From Octopus bimaculoides (lineage: Eukaryota): a DNA stretch of 64,000 bases. This document shows, piece after piece, positions 1 through 12,307 of this stretch. The notes under the pieces were generated by a model that saw only the letters and a program-made list of their open reading frames with translations, had not been told where the DNA came from and made no database searches. The translations under genes were made by a program, and so were the position numbers. Position 1 is the stretch's first letter; each line of letters opens with the position of its first letter. The DNA lies in the NCBI RefSeq assembly GCF_001194135.2, contig NC_068995.1, positions 20,747,629 through 20,811,628 of the forward strand, in the 5' to 3' direction.

Positions 1-96
1 AGTAATATTAACTCAGTGAATGTAATTAGAATGTAAGATAATTACATAATGTACGAATTAGCAAGAAGCTAGGTTAAGAAAAATTCTAGAAATTAT

Positions 97-134
97 TGTT
101 GTTGTTGTTGTTGTTGTTGTTATTATTATTATTA

Positions 135-165
<31 letters not shown>

Positions 166-180
166 CATTATTATTATTAA
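97..180. repeat. (TTG)n/(TTA)n microsatellite
   Basis: Direct tandem trinucleotide runs. Confidence 0.95.
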
Positions 181-190
181 TTATTTGAGG

Positions 191-400
191 TTGCTAGCTG
201 GCAGAATCGTTGGCACGCTGGACGACATGCTTAGACACATTTTCTCCGTCCCTACGTTCTCAGTTCAAATTCCACCGAGGTCGACTTTGCCTTTCAACGT
301 TTCGCAGTCGATAATATAAGTACCAGTTGAACACTTGGGTCGTTGTACTCAACTCATCCCCTCCCCCCAAATTGCAGCCCTTGTGACAAAATTTGAAAAC
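191..400 (+). mobile_element. tRNA-type SINE, family A (tail type 1)
   Basis: Head gctagctggcagaatcgtt, B-box-like gttcaaattcc, conserved core cgaggtcgactttgcctttca..taagtaccag, tail cccaaattgcagcccttgtgacaaaatttgaaa. More than 10 homologues occur in the window. Confidence 0.85.
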
Positions 401-420
401 ATTATTATGATTATTATTAT

Positions 421-960
421 TGAGTGAGAGAGCAGGCATGCCATTAAAGTGACCCTGGGGTACATGTATACTCATCATGACTACCCGTCTGATAAGGGTA
501 CACCAGGCAATGCATCACAACCATATGTGCACGACACGGTAATCCCATATCAAGATAAATAGCGCACGACCTCGCAGGTGGGGCCCACGTAGAATTTTCT
601 GCACGTCGGGTAGCCCATCCTGCTCAAAAGGTCCCCGAGTAAGGGTTGTTTGAGGATGTTGAACGAAACATCCTCGTTTCCAAAGGTGAATTATCAAAAC
701 CCGAAAGAATTGCTCGTAACACATGGCTATGATGCTCCGCCAGTACATCTCCTCGTGATCAGAGATGCACATATCGTCAGCCACTAAGGGACATGCTCAA
801 CTGGTTAAGATCAAGCAACTGACAAGCAAATCTGTGGTATTGAGCAGAATATTAGCCGTAGCCCATCTTTTATACCAAGACAAAACATTGTACATGATAA
901 CACTTCCAATCAGTTAAGATCAGAAACCATGAGAGCCACTACCTGGTACTGCATCAGGGC

Positions 961-964
<4 letters not shown>
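421..964 (-). mobile_element. Non-coding interspersed element E, flanked by TAA arrays
   Basis: About 540 bp of complex sequence bounded on both sides by (TTA)n. Positions 421-600 are the reverse complement of 10315-10504. No credible ORF. Confidence 0.7.
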
Positions 965-1007
<43 letters not shown>

Positions 1008-1550
1008 NNNNNNNNNNNNNNNNNNNNNNNNNNNNNNNNNNNNNNNNNNNNNNNNNNNNNNNNNNNNNNNNNNNNNNNNNNNNNNNNNNNNNNNNNNNNN
1101 NNNNNNNNNNNNNNNNNNNNNNNNNNNNNNNNNNNNNNNNNNNNNNNNNNNNNNNNNNNNNNNNNNNNNNNNNNNNNNNNNNNNNNNNNNNNNNNNNNNN
1201 NNNNNNNNNNNNNNNNNNNNNNNNNNNNNNNNNNNNNNNNNNNNNNNNNNNNNNNNNNNNNNNNNNNNNNNNNNNNNNNNNNNNNNNNNNNNNNNNNNNN
1301 NNNNNNNNNNNNNNNNNNNNNNNNNNNNNNNNNNNNNNNNNNNNNNNNNNNNNNNNNNNNNNNNNNNNNNNNNNNNNNNNNNNNNNNNNNNNNNNNNNNN
1401 NNNNNNNNNNNNNNNNNNNNNNNNNNNNNNNNNNNNNNNNNNNNNNNNNNNNNNNNNNNNNNNNNNNNNNNNNNNNNNNNNNNNNNNNNNNNNNNNNNNN
1501 NNNNNNNNNNNNNNNNNNNNNNNNNNNNNNNNNNNNNNNNNNNNNNNNNN

Positions 1551-1847
1551 NATGAAGTAGATTGACAAATTTATTTTTTGAACCAGTGGAAGACACGCAA
1601 GATGTCGAAATATTGTTCACGAGATAGCAAATGGCACTCTTCTTTTAATTTTGACTCTATATCTTCAGGAGGAGTTACCTCAATCCTTTCTATATAAACA
1701 AAAATGAAGTAGATTGACAAATTTATTTTTTGAACCAGTGGAAGACACGCAAGATGTCGAAATATTGTTCACGAGATAGCAAATGGCACTCTTCTCTTAA
1801 TTTTGACTCTATATCTTCAGGAGGAGTTACCTCAATCCTTTCTATAT
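1551..1847 (+). mobile_element. Penelope-like terminal-repeat fragment, tandem pair (period 153 bp)
   Basis: 1551-1694 is repeated at 1704-1847 and is homologous to 61182-61386 (shared gcactcttcttt and ggaggagtNacctcaatcct). Each copy has a degenerate hammerhead-like motif (1579-1619, 1732-1772). The Penelope call is inferred from that motif. Confidence 0.55.
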
Positions 1848-2136
1848 TATTGTTGTTGTTGTAGTTGTTGCTTTCATCATTAATATTTGATGATGATGGC
1901 GCCGACGACGACGATGATGTTAATAATGTTGATGATGATGATTATGATGATGATGATGATAATATTATTTGAAATAATAAATTACCCTGACAATCTTTCA
2001 CGGAACACTCTTTGAGCCTCCAGTCATCCGGCTTGAGTTTGAAACTCGATTTCCCTCACTTGTCATCCCTAACGAGAGAGAGAGTTAGTTTGAGGCATGA
2101 TGACGCGCTGTTACACTATCACACTAAACACCGGGC

Positions 2137-2364
2137 GGCGAGCTGGCAGAAACGTTAGCACGCCGGGCGAAATGCTTGGCGGTATTTTGTCTGCCGCTAC
2201 GTTCTGAGTTCAAATTCCGCCGAGGTCGACTTTGCCTTTCATCCTTTCGGGGTCGATTAAATAAGTACCAGTTACGCACTGGGGTCGATATAATCGACTT
2301 AATCCGTTTGTCTGTCTTTGTTTGTCCCCTATGTGTGTAGCCCCTTGTGGGTAGTAAAGAAATA
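2137..2364 (+). mobile_element. SINE family A (tail type 2), full length with TSD
   Basis: Perfect 16-bp TSD acactaaacaccgggc at 2121-2136 and 2365-2380; head and core intact. Confidence 0.92.
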
Positions 2365-3178
2365 ACACTAAACACCGGGCTCTATTGCCAAAACTAATTT
2401 TATTGTTGCAAGACTATTCACACACATATACGGGCACCCAAAACATAGAACCCATTGAAAAATTGGGTTTATAAATTTTGAGACATCCTGCATAGAGTTC
2501 ATATCTCAAACATGCTTTACGAGGTCATCGATTTGCTAAGGACGTAGAAATATAGGAGGCGGGACATAAATACCTGCATCTATACTTAAATATTCATCGT
2601 CTGGAAGCCTCCACTTTTTGATTTCTCTTGTTTACGATGTATGCATATATACATGTTTTGTATTTCATACCCAAAGTGTATATTTAATATTTGCTTATTT
2701 GCACAGTTGCCTCGATTTCAGCACACTTTAAACCTACTTTTAACCATTCTTTACCCCATGGAATTGATCCCCTGTAAATAATGTCTTCTTTACTAAGATT
2801 CTCTGGATTTTATCTGTCGTTTATTTACCTTTAAACTATATATACTGAAATGGAAAATCTTTCATTTATAATACTATAAAATTTCTTTTAAGTGAATTCA
2901 TACAGTGACTAGAATAAGTCGTTTTTATTGCTTCTACTTCGACTAACGAGATTCATTCTTGTTTAATCTTGTTTATATATAATAATATTGTTTGTTAGTC
3001 ATTTATAGATTACTAACGTAGTCATAGCAATCATGGGAACTAGTTTGTTTTTGTAAATACGTGCTCACGCGTCCTATCCTTTGCGTGGCAATTTATGTGA
3101 GTGACATCTACTATATCCACGAGTTGAAATAATGTTCTTTAGGAGGAAACGTTACAGAAATTCCTCGTATGCTTTGTA

Positions 3179-3179
<1 letters not shown>

Positions 3180-3237
<58 letters not shown>

Positions 3238-3345
3238 ATATCTATCTATCTATCTATCTATCAATCCATCTCTCTATCTATATACGTATACATAAGTATA
3301 TATATATATATATATGCATGTATATATATATATACATATATATAT

Positions 3346-3394
<49 letters not shown>

Positions 3395-3395
3395 T
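3180..3395. repeat. Compound (TCTG)n-(TCTA)n-(TA)n microsatellite next to a gap
   Basis: Direct tandem runs; these explain ORFs 3132, 3169 and 3278. Confidence 0.95.
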
Positions 3396-6076
3396 NNNNN
3401 NNNNNNNNNNNNNNNNNNNNNNNNNNNNNNNNNNNNNNNNNNNNNNNNNNNNNNNNNNNNNNNNNNNNNNNNNNNNNNNNNNNNNNNNNNNNNNNNNNNN
3501 NNNNNNNNNNNNNNNNNNNNNNNNNNNNNNNNNNNNNNNNNNNNNNNNNNNNNNNNNNNNNNNNNNNNNNNNNNNNNNNNNNNNNNNNNNNNNNNNNNNN
3601 NNNNNNNNNNNNNNNNNNNNNNNNNNNNNNNNNNNNNNNNNNNNNNNNNNNNNNNNNNNNNNNNNNNNNNNNNNNNNNNNNNNNNNNNNNNNNNNNNNNN
3701 NNNNNNNNNNNNNNNNNNNNNNNNNNNNNNNNNNNNNNNNNNNNNNNNNNNNNNNNNNNNNNNNNNNNNNNNNNNNNNNNNNNNNNNNNNNNNNNNNNNN
3801 NNNNNNNNNNNNNNNNNNNNNNNNNNNNNNNNNNNNNNNNNNNNNNNNNNNNNNNNNNNNNNNNNNNNNNNNNNNNNNNNNNNNNNNNNNNNNNNNNNNN
3901 NNNNNNNNNNNNNNNNNNNNNNNNNNNNNNNNNNNNNNNNNNNNNNNNNNNNNNNNNNNNNNNNNNNNNNNNNNNNNNNNNNNNNNNNNNNNNNNNNNNN
4001 NNNNNNNNNNNNNNNNNNNNNNNNNNNNNNNNNNNNNNNNNNNNNNNNNNNNNNNNNNNNNNNNNNNNNNNNNNNNNNNNNNNNNNNNNNNNNNNNNNNN
4101 NNNNNNNNNNNNNNNNNNNNNNNNNNNNNNNNNNNNNNNNNNNNNNNNNNNNNNNNNNNNNNNNNNNNNNNNNNNNNNNNNNNNNNNNNNNNNNNNNNNN
4201 NNNNNNNNNNNNNNNNNNNNNNNNNNNNNNNNNNNNNNNNNNNNNNNNNNNNNNNNNNNNNNNNNNNNNNNNNNNNNNNNNNNNNNNNNNNNNNNNNNNN
4301 NNNNNNNNNNNNNNNNNNNNNNNNNNNNNNNNNNNNNNNNNNNNNNNNNNNNNNNNNNTATATATATGGCCGCAGCTCTAGGCTGAAACTTAAAAAAAAA
4401 ATATGGTTAATGAGACACACGGAAGAAAGAAGATACGAGAATTGTTTCGACCCATCTACCATCGATCCCTCGCGGGTGCGATACTGAACATTTATCTGCA
4501 TACATCGGTGCAAATGTGTCTCCTCAGGTGATTGCAAGCTCATTGATAGGATTTCTGAAAGATTATCAAGATACTTGCATGTTACTAAAAGCATTTTCGC
4601 ACAGTACAGTGGGTAGGAATTAAAGTAATCGTTGACTAAATTAATAATTAAAGCCCAATGCCATACTAGTTACCAACATCACTTGTAGACCCCCTTGGCC
4701 AATGTATACCACACAAAGTAAGAAAAGAACCAGCTTGAGTCTCCCAATAAGTATCGCTCACCGTGGGATGAAAACGCAAAATACCTACGCCTATCTACAC
4801 TGGTGATTCTAACTATGACATTGATGCTTTCCACACGTATGTTTTTACACATGTTACACTGGTGATAGTGGATCTCAGTCTCTCGATGCAAGAATTCAGT
4901 TGTTCATTCAGCTGAATAACTTGATTCTCAATCAACGTGTCAATGGCTGAGCGTTGCACAAACACGTCTACCTGTAGTTTATTTCTTTGCAAAAACAGCG
5001 TTAGGTGGTGTACGTGAGAAGACGGTACTACTTGACCTACAGGTACAATCCACCTGATAGGCTTCGATGCAGTTTCCGTCTACCCAGCATCACTCAGATG
5101 GTATTGGTTAACCCAGGAGATGTAGGAAGTAACATTTACGTAAGAAACCATGGACTGGAAACGAGCCCAAGACTTCGGGCTAGTGAAGATAATTTCTTAA
5201 GCATTCAGCCATATTGCTCCTGCCCGTCTACTTACCAACCAACCTGGTTGCCTACCTGTCTGCCTACCTACCTACCTACCTACCTACCTACCAAATACAT
5301 AAATACATGAATACATACATACATACATACATACATACATACATACATACATACATAGAAGTTAGTGTAGAATTACGACATATATATTCCAACAGGAATC
5401 CCGTGCGGTATTCATGGCCGATTGAGTTATCTTCCTTCACACCAATGTTCACTTTGTACTTTCATAGAACGGTTAAAAAGTACCATATAAGTACTGTGGT
5501 CAATATAATTGACTACGAACTCTTAAAAGCGGTGTCCCGGTATGCTCGCTGTCCAATGATTGAAACCAACGCAAAAAAACAAAAAAACAAAGAAAATTAC
5601 GAAGTTTTCCTCCTAGGCATTTTAAGGACTTTTAACTGCATAATAAATTATTCCTGACATTGGCATTTGGATGCAAATTTTGGTGCGAAGTGTGTTGTTA
5701 TTAGAATCGTCTTTTTTTTGTTTTGTTTTCTGAATCCCGGAAAATGGATAAAAGTAAATTTAGCCCAAAAGTGATTTGAAAGCAAACGGAAGTGAGACAC
5801 CACTGAATATTGCAAAAAATATTTGCCATTTCCTATTCCGATCGCCCTAATAACTGCTGTAATAATTTAGCACAAGAGTACAAAATGTGGTGCGTGGGAG
5901 TAATCGATTGATCCGATCCCACTGACTAGAAACGGATCTCTGCAGAATTTCAACCCAGAATGTGAATGGACGTCACAAAATAACACAAAGCCTCTAATCC
6001 ATCGTTGCATAAATGCTTTGTTTGTTTGTTGGCTTTGTTTGTTTGTTTGGTCGGATGCTTCTTTCTTTCTTTTCTC

Positions 6077-6120
<44 letters not shown>

Positions 6121-6870
6121 AGATAACCTCAGCTGATTATAGCAAATCAGATTAGGGTATCTGCCTGTCCCATGCCCGAGTAAAATAAGATAGAAGCTAA
6201 GAATACCTTATAAAAAAGAAACACACACACACCCACAAAAAAAAAAGACTACTTCGCTACGAAAACCACACAAAGTAAAGAAAACACATGATCAGAGGGA
6301 AACAAACTTACAAAAGTATAGATAGACCGATGTGCGGTGCAATGTATGAAAGACTAAAGGCCACAGTCAATAGATCTAAAAAACGTCTATTAATACGTAA
6401 TATAATAATAACATTCTTTTGCTTTGCCTTCTAATGGCTTGAGTAAGTGGGTTGCGAACATGCTGAAATTGTCCCATCAAAGGGATTTAATCTATCACAT
6501 CATACTATAAATATTTATTTGAGTCTAAAATTTAATTTGTTACATTGCTGAATTACGGTTTTGGACTCTACGGTATTGCTAAACGCGAATAGAATATTGA
6601 AGGTACATACACATATACATACACATCTGTTCATACATTCATACAGATACACACACACACAAGCACACTCAAGTGTGCACAGATGCACTCACGCACACTA
6701 AAACAGACAGTAAAATCCAGACAAGAAGTAAAGGAATGAAAATAGAAGCAAAAGGAGAGCAAACCATCACCTTAGACTTATACTGTGAATTTCAATATTT
6801 CGGAGTTAAATACCTTTATTAAAAGATGATAGAAAATGCGTGTTGTCATGTGCTTGTGTGTACATATATA

Positions 6871-6903
<33 letters not shown>

Positions 6904-6979
6904 GCGTGTGTGTATATATATGTGTGTGTGCGTATATATATGTGTGTATGTGTGTATATATGTGTGTATATATATGTAC

Positions 6980-7364
6980 GTGGAGGCGCAATGGCCCAGT
7001 GGTTAGGGCAGCGGACTCGCGGTCATAGGATCGCAGTTTCGATTCCCAGACCAGGCGTTGTGAGTGTTTATTGAGCGAAAACACCTAAAGCTCCACGAGG
7101 CTCCGGCAGGGCATGGTGGCGAACCCTGCTGTACTCTTTCACCACAACTTTCTCTCACTCTTACTTCCTGTTTCTGTTGTGCCTGTAATTCAAAGGGTCA
7201 GCCTTGTCACACTGTGTCCCGCTGAATATCCCCGAGAACTACGTTAAGGGTACACGTGTCTGTGGAGTGCTCAGCCACTTGCATGTTAATTTCACGAGGA
7301 GGCTGTTCCATTGATCAGATCAACTGGAACCCTCGACGTCGTAACCGACGGAATGCCAACAAAC
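6980..7364 (+). mobile_element. tRNA-derived SINE, family C (Arg-like head)
   Basis: A box tggcccagtgg, B box gtttcgattcc, head ggaggcgcaatggcccagtggttagggcagcggactcgcggtc. Near-identical copy at 19314-19655. Confidence 0.9.
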
Positions 7365-7489
7365 AAAAAATATATATATATGTACATATATATATACACA
7401 CATACATATATACACACATATATATATACATATATATGTACACACACATATATATACACACATATATATATATACAAATATACATACGC

Positions 7490-7539
<50 letters not shown>

Positions 7540-9530
7540 GGAAAATAAGACAAGGTAGAAAATGCTAAAATTATTTTATGATATACGTTTTGTAATGGTT
7601 TTTACCGGTTTCTGTCTTTTCGACTTTTTTTTTAACTAAGATTAAAACAAAGGTGGACATTAATTAAGAAGAAAAGCAATTAAATCGTTGAAAAAAATTA
7701 AACGAAATGTTTTGTAAATATTCCCATAGATTTCAAATAGGTGGGACATTTTCCTTTTTTCTGTGTCTTTCTCTTTNNNNNNNNNNNNNNNNNNNNNNNN
7801 NNNNNNNNNNNNNNNNNNNNNNNNNNNNNNNNNNNNNNNNNNNNNNNNNNNNNNNNNNNNNNNNNNNNNNNNNNNNNNNNNNNNNNNNNNNNNNNNNNNN
7901 NNNNNNNNNNNNNNNNNNNNNNNNNATTTACAAACATATTTAATTTTTTTTATCAATTTGATTGTTTTCTTAATTGATATCCACTTTTCTTTTACTTTTA
8001 GTTGAAAAGACAGAACCCGGTACTAACCATTACAAAATGTATTTCATGATAAAATTATTTTAGCATTTTCTAACTTGTCCTATTTTCCTTATACATATCA
8101 GCACATGTGTCACTATTCAACATTCTACACACACACACACGTATATCTAGCTATCAATATATCTATCTTTCTTGTTTTCTATCTACCAGTCGAATTCTCT
8201 CTCCTCCTCTTTATACATACATGCATTTATACACACACACACACACACACGAACACGACGAACTTCTGTACAGCTTCGATTCGTCAATCAAAATCATTTA
8301 CAGGACAGTAGTCAATAAAAATCTGGATGAGAAATCCCTTACCTAATACGCCGCACGGTAGAATCAACACTGGGGACAGGTAGTTGCGACACAAATTTTT
8401 TAATCTTAATCCTGCTTGCGACTATTCTTGGCCACACAATCATGCATTCAGCCATTTATGTCCAATATCTTTCAAAATCTATGCAGCATGAATGTCTAGC
8501 TATAACTGTATTTGTATCAGATTGCTTACATCGATGCGACATAAGATATATCTGACTGTGTCAGTAACAAATGAAAAACAAAGACATGGGCAAAACAAAC
8601 TAGTAATGGTAAATATATCAGGTATTTGAGGAAATACATAAGCGAAATATGTTTTGATTTGTTGAGGTTACTGCTCTGTACTGCAGTTAAACCACTTGCA
8701 TGTTTTATTGAAATCTAGTTAAACTAGTAATAATTAGTAATAATGAAAGACGCACAATCAATTTCATAAATTGAGTTCTCAATTAATTTGCGATCCAGAA
8801 TTGTCTTTTATATTATGCAAAAATACTGATAATATTTATGGAATAAAAGCTTATGAATTAATATATGTGAATGCATCTGAGAGTGTGTGCCTCTATATTT
8901 TATATATATCAGATATACTTTGTGTATATAGAATATATATGTGTGTGTGTGTGTAATTAGACCTAAGGATCTAAATGTAGGAAGTTAGTAAGCTTCGAGT
9001 AGTCCGTGGTAGGTATAAAAAATACAACGTAGTGGTTATCCCGTCTAAAACTTAACTTCTCATGATTGTTTTGAATGCTTCCAGGCCTCATTATAACGGA
9101 GAATGTTTCTTGGTGAAGGCATATTCTTAAAAGAGCTATGACTACACCTGAAAACTTGCAATTTTCTTCCGAGCCAAGAAATAGTTCATTCGCCAACATC
9201 TACCATCTGCCTACAAAAATCAGGGCTGTGAGTACTCTTAAAATTGGACAGTGTTGCTGCTAAACACTGCAAAACATTTAAGACCTCATCAAGCAAAATG
9301 ACACACAACCGATTGGTGTTAAGTCACTAGCAAAGGTGCTCCAACCTCTGGTTCATTCAAAAACTGTTCTCTCTCTTTGGCTTTCTCTCAATTACAGTAA
9401 CAGACAGTGGACTGTGCTGGTTGCTGGAGTCGTATCTCTATTCTGGAACTCTGGACACAGGAGTCTTTATTTCTTTTTCTCTCTCCTTTAGTGTCCAGTC
9501 AACATGGCCACGGAACAACTACTGGCAAAT

Positions 9531-9606
9531 CGTTCGTTCGTTCGTTCGTTCGTTCGTTCGTTCGTTCGTTCGTTCGTTCGTTCGTTCGTTCGTTCGTTCG
9601 TTCGTT
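9531..9606. repeat. (TTCG)n microsatellite
   Basis: About 19 perfect CGTT units running into a gap. Confidence 0.95.
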
Positions 9607-9748
9607 NNNNNNNNNNNNNNNNNNNNNNNNNNNNNNNNNNNTGTTATAGCAATTCTTGACTTACTTCAGTTTAAGCGAAACGTTAACGGTGTCTCATCGG
9701 TCATGGAAAGGTCATGGCCTCTACAGTTTCCTCCAGATTGTAGTACCA

Positions 9749-9803
<55 letters not shown>

Positions 9804-9847
9804 TGATGATGATAAGGAGGAGGAGGAGAATGATGTTGATGAAGGCT

Positions 9848-10320
9848 ATAAAAGCTAATAAACCGGATATCATCATAAAAGATCAGACAAAGAAGACGTG
9901 TTTATTAATTGACATGAGTATTCCCTCTGATCATAATATAGCGGCGAAAGAATTTGACAAGATCAGTAAATATAAAGACTTGCTAATAGAAATTGAAAAA
10001 ATGTGGCACCTCAAGGCGACTACCATACCAGTGATTGTAGGATCTCTAGGAATGATAAAAAAAGGTACTGAAACCTATTTGAAAATGATACTAGGCTTAC
10101 CATCCCTACAGGAAGTGCAAAAAATCGTGCTAACTGGAACGACTCATGTACTGAGAAGAGCATTATCGCTGTGAAGACAACATCCATTCATGATTAAAAA
10201 ATTTTTTTTTTTTTAAATACATGGTTTACCTGTGAATTTGCGTGTGTAAACTGGGATTGCATACAACGAGTTTCTCTGCCCTAGGTGTACGGAAAACACT
10301 CGGCGAGAAATGGAAGAAAA
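9848..10320 (+). mobile_element. 5'-truncated R4/Dong-like non-LTR retrotransposon (RLE domain plus 3'UTR)
   Basis: Open frame KANKPDIIIKD..CLLIDMSIPSD..KEFDKISKYKDL..MWHLKATTIPVIVGSLG..HVLRRALSL* (stop 10174) is a PD-(D/E)xK restriction-like endonuclease. It follows an (AAT)n array. Confidence 0.85.
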
Positions 10321-10503
10321 TTCTAACTAGGCCCCACCTGCGAGGTCATGCGCTGTTTATCTCGATTTGAGATTACCATGTCGCGTACATATGGTTGTGA
10401 TGCATGTGCCTTGTGTACCCTTATCAGACGGGTAGTCATGATGGGTATAATGGGCTTCGTATATTTTACCCAAGTGTCACTTTGGTGCCCTGCTCCCTCA
10501 CTC

Positions 10504-10504
<1 letters not shown>
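10315..10504 (+). mobile_element. 3' part of element E, fused to the Dong-like 3'UTR
   Basis: Reverse-complement homologue of 421-600, ending in (AAT)n. The junction lies at the shared agaaaattct. Confidence 0.7.
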
Positions 10505-10560
<56 letters not shown>

Positions 10561-10592
10561 AATGATGATGATGACGGCAACGATGATGATGA

Positions 10593-10678
<86 letters not shown>

Positions 10679-10700
10679 ATAATAATAATAATAATAATAA
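10504..10700. repeat. Compound (AAT)n-(GAT)n-(ACT)n-(AAT)n microsatellite
   Basis: Direct tandem runs; source of the poly-N/D/T ORFs. Confidence 0.95.
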
Positions 10701-11430
10701 TCTTGAAGATAAACAGAGTCATACACACACATACNNNNNNNNNNNNNNNNNNNNNNNNNATATATATAGCCTATGTATATATGATAAATAGCATATCTAT
10801 ATATATGATATCTTTATATGTATCTGCATAGTTATAGATTCGTATGAGAACGTTAAAAAAAAAAAGCTAGAAGATTAATACTTGTAAGTATTGGAATGGT
10901 GATAAATAAGCTTCTGGCGTCTAGTGAAGACAGCAGAGCGCTGGAATTAGTATGTGCCCAAGAGTATCCCGATACGTAGCTGGAATACATCTGCTGTGTA
11001 GTCGACCAATCATTTGCGTTTAATAACCTAATCTTGCTATTTGGCTATGTTATAAGTAGGGAGTGTCCATTTGAGATACGAAGGAGTCTGTAGGGAATAC
11101 CGTGGATATAGGTTTTAATATCCCCTCATACATATATTTTTATACAACGTACTCTTTATTTTTTTCTCTTCTCTCTCTATATATCTCACTCACTCACTCA
11201 CTCACTCACTCACTCACTCACTCACTCACTCTATGTCTGCCTTTCTCTCTCTCTCTCTCTCTGTTTGTTAGATAATTTCTTCTCTAAATGCCCACGCACT
11301 ACGCACCACGCTTTTCGTGCGTGCGCACAAACACACACACAAATCTCCGTGCCTATCAGGATAAGTACATATGTGTTTATGCTTATATGTATGTATGCAT
11401 GTATGCATATGTATTGTTCATGTTTGGATT

Positions 11431-11501
<71 letters not shown>

Positions 11502-11517
11502 NNNNNNNNNNNNNNNN

Positions 11518-11585
<68 letters not shown>

Positions 11586-12307
11586 TTTATACATGTATAT
11601 TTATATATATGTGTGTGTATAAATTGAAATGCTTGTGGTTTTCAACGAAAGAGGATGCGGGTACTCAATACATAGTGTTGTGCATATTGTAAGTAGAAAG
11701 TGAATTCTATTTTTGTTGCTACCCACGTCGTAGTTGCATGCTAGATGAAGTAACTCTATACACATCATAAAGATAAAGACTCCATCTACCCGCCTACAAT
11801 TATAAAAAAAAAATCCCAGCTCAGATAAGGGAATATCCAATAATGTTGTTCTATACTAAGCCAGAGACTAAGCCTGAAACATATTCGAGGGAAAGTGACT
11901 TTTTCAGAACAAACTATATTAAAATTACTAAAGGGACAAATAAAAAATCATATGGCGTAATCCTCTACACAGCTTAAATACAGCTGCATCTATAACAAGA
12001 CACTTACTAGTATTGGTAATATCAAACTTTTTCAGTTCATACAGACATCATCGCATAACTTTTGGCCATATTTGTCGTAGCATAGAACGCAAATCTCCAT
12101 CAAAAGCAAAACATATCCCATAAATAATACACAACAAACCCAGCTGAATGTAACTAAAAATAGAGCATTTTTTCCTGTAAACTTTTGAAGGAGTTATTAT
12201 ATGGTTATGACATAAAATAAGTACTCTACGCAAAAAAATATTTGTTAAATTGAATTTATACCTCAAAACTCGACACAAGAAGAGACCTACATAATTCATT
12301 TTTATAG

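Noticed and set aside
6980-7060. tRNA-like heads as true tRNA genes
   Set aside because: No complete cloverleaf or acceptor stem; each continues into a shared SINE body.
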